A DNA stretch of 64,000 nucleotides from NCBI GenBank assembly GCA_030141605.1, contig JAQGDQ010000349.1:1-64000 (forward strand), given 5' to 3'. A model generated the notes under the pieces. That model was not told the DNA's origin, searched no databases, and saw nothing but the letters and a program-made list of their open reading frames with translations. Made by a program: the position numbers and the translations under genes. This DNA comes from Tubiluchus corallicola (taxonomy: Eukaryota; Animalia; Priapulida). Shown here in pieces: positions 1 through 11,100 of the stretch. Every line of letters starts with the position of its first letter. Positions within the stretch are counted from its first letter, which is position 1.

Positions 1-787
1 CCAACTGATAATCAAGAAAACGCTTCTAAGGTGAGATACTAGACAAACATGTTCCATTAAATAGCTATAGTGTTATAGAGGCCAGATTTGCCCTGCAAAA
101 TATCAAGTGTAGATATTATGCGATGAGTGACGACAACTTCTGAGCAATGACTTGTAATGGCCCTGTGGTTAAGGGCGCAATCCCAAATATTGCTCAAAGT
201 TGCTAAAAATGATCTGATTTAGCTGAATGCAAGAAGTTAGAGAGCCCATTTGCAAAGGCTATTGCATCTTATTGACAATCTAATTATGCCAAAAAAACAT
301 TTTACCCCATCCCCTGGTCCCCAGGAAGTGAGGATTTAGGATTCGAATATTTGCAACTGAAGAGTTATAGAAGCAGGTTTTGTCTCGCAGAATTTTGGGT
401 TTATGTGCTAGATGATAAAAGTGAAAGTTGAGCAATGGCCTTTACTGACCGTGTTGCAAAGATTAAATGCAGACATCTTAAATATTGCGAAGTGTGGTCA
501 AAAACGTCAGCATTTGACCACACTGCTGTCAGCATTTGGCCACAAAGGGTGTTCGTGATGAACATGAACACCCTTTGACCTTGTTTTTATGCCATTTGAC
601 ACTCTTGCTCAGTGAAAATTCTGCTTTTTTGTATGCATTTATTATTACTAAAAGAATGTGTAAAATCAAGGGGCCTGTTGTGTCAAATCTTCAAAGCGTT
701 CAAACATGAGAATCGGGAGTCTGAAGGTTGTAAAAATAGTCATTAACATTTTAGCATTTTTAGTCGTTATTTGTTTCTGCATTTCAG

Positions 788-913
788 ATGTAGATGAATG
801 TGCAATCAATGCTCATAATTGTAATGCAGACCATGGAATTTGTCAGAACACTATTGGAAGTTTTAGTTGTAAATGTGACCAAGGTTATTTTGGAGGTGGA
901 ATTACGTGTGTTG
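788..913 (+). CDS. Calcium-binding EGF exon 1
   Basis: tttcag| DVDECAINAHNCNADHGICQNTIGSFSCKCDQGYFGGGITCV |gtgagt; cbEGF consensus with six Cys. Confidence 0.9.
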
Positions 914-2716
914 GTGAGTGGGAAAGCTTAAAAAATTAATAAACTTTTATTTAAACATAAGTAATGTAGGTAGTTCGATTGCAAGAATTACATTGACATT
1001 TTCAGTTTTTTTGGTTTATATATTTTTTATTGCTTCTATAAGTAAAGTGTAATACATCCAGCAAATATTTCCCCAAAACAAATGCGTGATTTTTGCTAAC
1101 GCTAGCTAACATTTTCACCTGTCCTAACTTTTTTGTAATGCCATGCAAAAAATATTAACCAATAATGTGATGAGCCCGTGGTAGAAGTTTGTGAGGCAAT
1201 GCTATCTGTAGCACAATATTAACTTACCGTTTTTCTAGTTGTGCACTTTTCACCCACAATTTATTCTTTAGACATAGATGAATGTACATCCAATGCTCAT
1301 AACTGTGATGCAGAACACGGCGTCTGTCAGAACACTGATGGTAGTTTCACATGTGCTTGTAACCAGGGTTATTCCGGAGAGGGAGCTGTGTGTGTGGCTA
1401 AAACTGATGGTAGGTATTACATTTTAGGAACTTTTTTTAAATTAGGCATGCACTAAAAGTTATTAGTTGAAAGCAGAGAATAATATAGAACTGATTATAT
1501 GGAACTGATTATATAAAACTGATTACATTGTGAGTGTGTGCACAAATGTATATGTATGAAGTTGTAAGTATGAGCATGTGTATAGAGACATAATCGATAC
1601 TTGCTCTGCGGGTCTGTGTTTTCTTCTTCTTTTATCCTCAAGATTCGTTAATTCTTGGCTTTCGTTTGCTAACCCACTTTGATTACATCTAAATTTTTAA
1701 AATTATCCATATATCATTCTCATAACTCTCATCCATTTTCTCATTTCTGTGTTCATCATCATTCCTTCTTCAAGTTATTTTTTTCTGAATTCATTCATGT
1801 CATTTATTAAGTTAAACCTGCACAGTTCTCTTATAGTGTTGACTAGATGTGTCTTAATGGTGCTGGTGATTTATAAATATTGTATGTTACATAAAAATAT
1901 TATTATTATGTAGTATTTTTACGTACGTAATTATTAAAATGCAATAAAATAAAACAAAGAATTTCGTTGTTACTGTAAATAAATATGGAATTTCAAAATC
2001 TAAGACTACGCTATATAAAACTTTGAAGTTGGCTATATATAGAATGACTTGTAGAAACTGAACCACTTGTAGAAAACTTTATAACTGAATTTCTAGAAAG
2101 CACGAAAATGGTACTTTTAGACTGAATTATGTTACTGGTTCACTCTGGTGGTTAACGCTAGAGAATGGAAAATTGCATTGAATTGTTAAGCATTTTGCTA
2201 GCGATTTACACTATCTACATGAAAGGAAAACACATGGTGCCAGCTCAGCAGCAATAATCAAAAGAAACAAAAAAAGACCAGGCTGGTCTTGGCAGAACTG
2301 CCTAAGTCACGTGCACCTGTTGAGCCTGATTGTCACTTTCAATGTTGTGTAAAAAATCTTGACCAGTAATGCTCATGTAAGATGTTTGCCAGGTAATCCT
2401 AACAGCATGCAATTATTAGTAACTGCTTTTCTAGGGATGTGTTTTTCAAATGTAGCTTATATTTCAGACATAGATGAATGTGCAACCAATGCTCATAACT
2501 GTGATGCTGAACACGGCACCTGTCAAAACACTGATGGTAGTTTCACTTGTGCATGTGACCAAGGTTATTCTGGAGATGGAACTGTCTGTGTGGCTACAGT
2601 TGATTGTGGGTTGACATATTTTACCAACTTTACCAAACCGCATGCGCACATGTTTGTATGTGTGTGTGCGTGTGTGTGTGTGCATGTGTGTGTGTGTGCA
2701 TGCATGCGTGCGTGCA

Positions 2717-2767
<51 letters not shown>

Positions 2768-3727
2768 ATGAGGGTGTGCATGGCTGTGTGTGTTAATAGT
2801 GTGTGCTGTATGTGGCATGGTGCGATATTAATAAAGGAACACTGCATGGAGACTTGATGAGAAGAACTAGTCAGCTGACATGCAGCATTCCTGACGAATC
2901 TGATAACCCTCACGTAGAACTTGGTATGTTATTTAACTTTCTTTTTAGTTTTTCTTGGTGTTTTGCACCGTAATTTTTGTACATCTTTTTTCAGCAAAAA
3001 CTGTCATTGCAGCATCTTCATTAATACCACACACAGATTGCCATCCTACTTCCACAATAATTAAAAATTGCCAAAAATGCTTGCAATCTCTGTTGCAGGA
3101 GAAAGAACTTTTTTACATGAAAGAACTTTCTTTTGAAGCTAATATAAAGTTACTTATCTGAAGTACTTCTTTGTCAGATCGTTTTCGCGTTTTAGTTGAA
3201 TGATTTGACCTGCTGTGGAAAAATTGCATAACCACTTATCACAGGTCGTGATTATAAAGGGTGATTAAAAGCACAGTATAACTATTTTTCAATTATTAAT
3301 GTGTAATGCTACATCTATGCTAGTGCATACTACAATTCCGGTTGCATCATGTTTTGTGTGTGTGTGTGTGTGCGTGCGTGCATGCGTGCGTGCGTGTGTG
3401 TGCATGTTGGTGTCCATGGATGTGTGTGTTAATAGTGTGTGTTGTATGTAGCATGAGTGCATGCTTTGAAGAAATATTCTGAATCTTCAAAAACAAAGAA
3501 ACATGTTGGAATTGCAAATGCTGCATTACATAATGTCCTGGAAAATTTGTCTGGACAGGTTTAAAAAAATTCTGTCAATGTAAGTAAAAAATTATCACCA
3601 TTCTTGAAAGACTCAGAAGGATGAACTAAGTAACAGGCATGACTCTTCAGGCCAAACTATGCTGTTTCTTATGCAGGCCTGTTGTGGTAAGAATTGCAGA
3701 GTGCTGGGTGTGTGTGTGTGTGTGTGC

Positions 3728-3779
<52 letters not shown>

Positions 3780-3809
3780 ATGTGTGTGCATGCATGTATG
3801 TGTGTGCAT

Positions 3810-3840
<31 letters not shown>

Positions 3841-3842
3841 CA

Positions 3843-3925
<83 letters not shown>

Positions 3926-6900
3926 ATGAGGGTGTCCATGGATGTGTGTGTTAATAGTGTGTGTTGTATGTGGCATGAGTGCATGCTTTGAAGAAATATT
4001 CTGAATCTTCAAAAACAAAGAAACATGTTGGAATTGCAAAGCTTCATTAGGATGTCTTTCTCATTGCAGGACTTTTTGTCTGTTGCAGATAGTTGTCTTG
4101 CTGAACTGTCTTTCCCAGAGTCTAGCACTGCAAATTTCTTTTCGAAATTGATTACTGCTGCTGCACCAATAACACAGTTTACAGTTTGCTCGTGGCTAAA
4201 GATAGATCAATCAAACAACAAGAAATACTATTTCTTTTCCTTTGTCACACCGAGTGCACCGGATGCGATCTCTATAGCTATTTACCCAGACAACGAAGAA
4301 AAACTAAAGTTTCTTGTTGATAAGTATATATGCCTTGCTATTTTTGCCTTCTAATGTGTCTGCCTTTCAGTCTACCTGTAAAATTTGTTCACATCATTTG
4401 TCTGTGTGTCTGGTATTCTTTATGTCCTTTCTCTACCTGTCTCTGTTGTTTTTCACCTTTTCTATCTGTTTGTCTAACTGTGTAGAAAAATGTTGCTAAT
4501 AAGCCCAACTGACACGTATCATTTGGTATAGACTGCAAAGGTATTGGCTCAGCACTATTTATTAATAGTTATTTACTAGAAATTTATTATTTAATAACTC
4601 AAAAATATTAGAGGAAGCATTACACATGTATAGAATAGATACATCGGAGTAAGAGAATGACTGCATTCTGTTGAGGGCTGAATATTCTGTCTTTTGGCAA
4701 GCTGATGTTGAACGAATATCAGTAATATATGTTAGTGCCTATAGGACATCGGAAAGCTTTGAGATGCAAAACAAACATATAAAGAATGTGCTGCTTGATA
4801 ATGTTTTGAGTAATGAGTCAATGTGTAATATTTAGTGGTAAGGTTAAAACCTATAAAGTGTGTATTTTGCTGACCTTGTGCAACTGGCACCACCTTTGTC
4901 TTCATTTACAATGAGATCGAATACATTTTTTCCGATATGATTGCACCCTTCATGATGGCAACTGGCACCATCTTTGTTTTTATTTACAGTAAGGTCGAGC
5001 TCGTTTTTTCCGATGTGATTGTGCACCTTCATGATGGCAACTGGCACCATCTCTGTCTACTCTGGGAACAAGCATCTAACGCTCATTCACTGTACATAGA
5101 TGGATCGGAAGTATATGCAGGTACCAATGTGAATACAGCTGGCAAAACAATTGATCGTATTGGTACATTGGTAATTGGTCACTTTGATGCTAGGCAGTCT
5201 TTTGTGGGCTCTATAACTGGCATGAACTTTTATGACTATCGGCTGACATCTGAGGAAATCCGTAGCTTGTATGCAGACTGTTATGCAGATACTGGAAATG
5301 TGTTTTCATGGTGCGATATTAATAAAGGAACACTGCATGGAGACTTGATGAGAAGAACTAGTCAGCTAACATGCAGCATTTCTGACGAGTCTGATAACCC
5401 TCATGTAGAACTTGGTATGTTATTTAACTTTCGTTTTACTTTCTTGGTGTTTTGCACCGTAATTTTTGTACATCTTTTTTCAGCAAAAACTGTCATTGCA
5501 GCAACTTCATTAATGCAGATTGCCAATCCTACTTCCACAATAATAAAAAATTTCCACAAATGCTTGCAATCTCTGTTGCAGGAGAAAGAACTTTTTTACA
5601 TGAAAGAACTTTCTTTTGAAGCTAATATAAAGTTACTTATCTGAAGTACTTCTTTGTCAGATCATTTTCGCATTTTAGTTGAATCCTTTGACCTACTTTG
5701 GAAAAATTGCATAACCACTTATCACAGGTCGTGATTATATAGTGTGATTAAAAGCATAGTATAATTATTTTTCAGTTATTAATGTGTAATGCTACATTTA
5801 TGCTAGTGCATACTACAATTCCGGTTGCATCATGTTTTCATATAACTACCTTGAACATCATAATTACGTTTGATGAAACGTTCCTAAACTTACCTAGAAA
5901 TTTTCCTAGAAATCCATTCCTAGAGTTAACTCTCAGTCTAATAGAAGAATTTTAGTGTTAACCAAACAAAAACTACTACAAGGCAAAAACCGTGATTTTA
6001 TAATAGTTCTTTGAGATTTATTACTTGAAAGAGAAAACATGTGATCACTTTGTGTCAAACTCAAAATTTTCGTGTGAGACCCAAAAGGCCACAAGATTTT
6101 AAGGGTATATTTTTCATCTCAGATACTCATTTGGGGTAAACACCAATGCCAGTCAATTCTACAGAATACCAAAATCTCAGTAGGTTAGTATAATGTTACC
6201 CAAACAGTTGACCTTCTTTTGGAAATATAAGATAAAACCAGCTCTGAATAAATGCTCTGTCATTAAACAATTGAAATTCAATATGATTAATAAAATAAAA
6301 TTGCAAACGTTTCTCAGTTTGTTCCAAATGTACAAGACAAGTAGTATGCAAATGCTGCATAACATAATGTACTAGAAAATTTGTCTGGACAGGTTGTTGT
6401 TTTTTAAAAATATTCTGTCAATGTAAGTAAAAAATTATCACCATTCTTGAAAGACTCAGAAGTGTGAACTAAGTAGCAGACATGACTATTAAGGCCAAAC
6501 TATGTTGTTTCTTATGTAGGCCTGTTGTAGCAAGAATTGCTGAATGCTGAGTGTGTGTGTGTGTCTGAATCTTCAAAAACAAAGAAACATGTTGGAATTG
6601 CAAAGCTTCATTAGGATGTCTTTCTCATTGCAGGACTTTTTGTCTGTTGCAGATAGTTGCCTTGCTGAACTCTCTTTCCCAAAGCCTAGTAACAGAAATT
6701 ATTTTTCAAAAGAGATTACTGCTGCTGCACCAATAACACAGTTTACAGTTTGCTCGTGGCTAAAGATAGACCAGTCAAACAACAAGAAACACTATTTCTT
6801 TTCCTTTGCCACACCGAGTGCACCGGATGCAATCTCTATAGCTATTTACCCAGACTACGAAGAGAAACTAAAGTTTCTTGTTGATAAGTATATATGCCTT

Positions 6901-8081
6901 GCTATTTTTGCCTTCTAATGTGTCTGCCTCTCAGTCTACCTGTACAATTTGTTCACATCATTTGTTTGTGTGTCTGGTATTCTTTATGTCTTTTCTCTAC
7001 CTGTCTCTGTTGTTTTTTCACCCTTTCTATCTGTTTGTTCAACTGTGTAGAAAAATGTTGCTAACAAGCCCAATGACAAGCATCATTTGGTATAGACTGC
7101 AAAGGTATGGGCTCAGCACTATTTATTAATAGTTATTTACTAGAAATTTATTATTTAATAACTCAAAAATATTAGAGGAAGCATTACACATGTATAGAAT
7201 AGATACGCCGGGGTAAAAGAATGGCTCCATTGTGTTGCGGGCTGAATTTTCTGTGATTTGGCAAGCTGGTGTTGAATGAATATCAGTAATATATGTTAGT
7301 GCCTATAGGACATCGGAAAGCTTTGAGATGCAAAACAAACATATAAAGAATGTGCTGCTTGATAATGTCTTGAGTAATGAGTAGATGTGTAATATTTAGT
7401 GTTAAGGTTAAAAACTATAAAGTGTGTATTTTGCTGACCTTGTGCAACTGGCACCATTTTGTTTTCATTTACAGTGAGATCGAATACATTTTTTCCGATG
7501 TGATTGTGCACCTTCATGATGGCAACTGGCACCATCTCTGCCTCTTCTGGGAACAAGGATCTAACACTCATTCGCTTTACATAGACGGTGGATCTGGAGT
7601 ATATGAAGGTACCAATGTGAATACAGCTGGCAAAACAATTAATCGTATTGGTACATTGGTAATCGGACAGGATTCAGACACATACCCTGTTGGAGGCTTT
7701 GATGCTAGTCAGTCTTTTGTTGGCTCCATAACTGGCATGAACTTTTATGACTATCGGCTGACAACTGAGGAAATCCATAATTTGTATACAGACTGTTATG
7801 CAGATACTGGAAATGTGTTTTCATGGTGCGATATTAATAAAGGAACATTGCATGGAGACTTGATAAGAAGAACTAGTCAGCTGACATGCAGCATTCCTGA
7901 CGAGTCTGATAACCCTCATGTAGAACTTCGTATGTTATTTAACTTTCTTTTTCTTTTTCTTAAAAAATTATCACCATTCTTGAAAGACTCAGAAGTGTGA
8001 ACTAAGTAGCAGACATGACTATTAAGGCCAAACTATGCTGTTTCTTATGTAGGCCTGTTGTAGCAAGAATTGCTGAATGCT

Positions 8082-8155
<74 letters not shown>

Positions 8156-11100
8156 GTATGTGTGTGCATGTGTGGGTGGGTGTGCATGTGCGGGTGTGTG
8201 TACATCTGTGTGTGCATACATGTGTGCTTGCGTATGCATGAGTGTGTTCCTCTGTGAGGATGTGCATGGGTAGGTGTGTCAAAAGTGTGTGTTTTGTATG
8301 TGGCATGAGTGCATGCTTTGAAGAATTATCCCAAATCTTCAAAAACCATGTGATATGTCGCAATTGCAAGCCTTCATTAAGATGTCTTTCTCATTAAGCC
8401 ACTTTTTTGTCTGTTGCAGATAGTTGCCAGGCAGAACTCTCTTTCCTAGAGCCTAGTAACACAAATTACTTTTTGAAAGAGATTACTGCTACTGCATCAA
8501 TAACACAGTTTACAGTTTGCTCTTGGCTAAAGATAGACCAGTCAAACAACAAGAAATACTATTTCTTTTCCTTTGTCACACCGAGTGAACCAGATGCAAT
8601 CGCTATAGTTGTTTACCCAAACTACGAAGAGAAACTAAAGTTCATTATTGATAAGTACGTATGCTTTGCAATTTTCTTCTTTGCCTAACTCTGTCTATGC
8701 CTAACTGTAAATTTTCTAAATGTCTGTTATGCTGTCTCTCTGTCTCCCTGTCTGTTGGTCTGTGTTGCTTTGTCACACTATCCATCTGGTTTGGCTTTGC
8801 ACTTCTTTATTAATAGTTATTCTCCACAAATTTCTTTATTTAATAATTCAAAAGTATGAGCGGTAGCATTACATATGTTAGATAGGTATGTAAGAATGGA
8901 CGAGTAACTTCATTCTGTTTAATACAAAATTTTGTGTGTGTTGGCAAGCTGGGCTGAATAAATGTGAATAATATATGTTAGTGGCCACAGGCCACATTTT
9001 AATGAACAAATGTTTTCTATGTATAAGATTTGTTTTCATTTACAGTGAGAATTATTACATTTTTTCTGATGTGATGGTGCAGCTTCATGATGGCAACTGG
9101 CACCATCTGTGCCTCCTCTGGGAACAAGCATCTAACGCTCATTCAGTGTACATAGATGGATCTGAAGTATATACAGGTAGCAATGTGAATACAGCTGGCA
9201 AAACAATTGATCGTCTTGGTACATTGGTAATTGGACAGGATTCGGACACTTACCCAGTTGGAGGTTTTGAGGCTGATGAAACTTTTGTGGGCTCCATAAC
9301 TGGCATGAACTTTTATGACTATCGGCTGACAACTGAGGAAATCCGTAACTTGTATACAGACTGTTATGCGGATACTGGAAATGTGTTTTCATGGTGCGAT
9401 ATTAATAAAGGAACATTGAATGGAGACTTGATAAGGAGAACTAGTCAGCTGACATGCAGCAATTCTGACGAGTCTGATAACCCTCACGTCGAACTTGGTA
9501 TGTTATTTAATTTTCTTTTTAGTTTCTTGGTGTTTTGCACCGTAATTTTTGTACATCTTATTTCAGCAAAAACTGTTATTGCAGCATCTTCATTAATACC
9601 ACACACAGATTGCCAATCCTACTTCCACAATAATAAAAATTTGCCAAAAATGCTTGCAATCTCTGTTGCAGGAGAAAGAACATTTTTACGTGAAAGAACA
9701 TTCTTTTGAAGCTAATATAAAGTTACTTATCCGAAGTACTTCTTTGTCAGATCGTTTTCGCATTTTAGTTGAATCCTTTGACCTGCCATGGAAAAATTGC
9801 ATAACCACTTATCACAGGTCGTGATTATACAGTGTGATTAAAAGCACAGTATAGCTATTTTTCAATTATTAATGTGTAATGCTACATCTATGCTAGTGCA
9901 TACTCCAATTCCGGTTGCATCATGTTTTCGTATGACTACCTTGAACATCATAATTAAGTTTGATGAAACGTTCCTAGACTTACCTAGAAATTTTCCTAGA
10001 GATCCATTCCTAGAGTTAACTCTCAGTCTAATAGAAGAATTTTAGTGTTAACCAAACAAAAACTACTACAAGGCAAAAACCGTGATTTTATAATAGTTCT
10101 TTGAGAGGTATTACTTGAAAGAGAAAACATGTGATCACTTTGTGTCAAACTCAAAATTTACATGCGAGACCCAAAAGGCCACAAGATTTTAAGTGTTTAT
10201 TTTTCATCTCAGATACTCATTTTGGGTAAACACCGATGCCAGTCAATTCTACAGAATACCAAAATCTCAGTAGGTTAGTATAGTGTTACCCAAGTGTGAC
10301 AGCATGTCTAAGAAAATGTTAAATTGTTGTTAGGTTGTTTTGCCAAGCAGTCCCGCTGTCACACGTTATACCTTGATTGACCAAAATATAGTAAAAATTA
10401 GCACATGAGTCCGTGTAAGACAGTGTGAACAATGCTTTAGGTTTTTTTACCTTAATTATCTAGGAATGCAATTACCCAAACAACAGGATTTTTAATAATA
10501 ATAATAAAGAAAAGAGGATATTTAATTATTTTCAATTCTCGCAGAAAATAAACTAATGCCGGCGTATAAAGTTCTTTTGTAAACAAACACGTTGAAACGC
10601 AATAATAGAAATGGTTCACATAGTCAATTCGAATGTTTCAAAAAAATACTCAACTGGATAAACCTAATAAAATTTAACATTTTTTTACTCAACTTTACGA
10701 TGGCTGGGCCCAGCATAACCGTCCAGGGAGATGGATACCATCAGCAATGCTCCTACCACGTATTCGCCCGAATACCACGTTTCCAACCACGAAACGTACC
10801 AAGTTCCCTACCACGTATCCAATATGGCTGCCAGGACACGTCTGCCAAAACCATCAGCTCCTATGTTTCCAACAAATGACAATTGACTCCTCTAGACGGT
10901 ACTGCACCGGATAATGACATCAAGCAACCAAACTGGAACTCAGTCTCCATAAGAGGAAGAGTTAAATGACAAGCATTCCGTACGAGAAACAACTGAGGTG
11001 CTCTATCCTGGATGGCTTCCACTGGTATTACCATCAAGAAACACAATCGGGGTTTACGTGAATAAACAAGTTTCTTTCTAAAGCTTCTCTAACCAATAAC

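Noticed and set aside
2464-4039. HT/CV-repeat ORFs (also at 8002-8369 and 53626-54071)
   Set aside because: Translations of (CA/GT)n microsatellites
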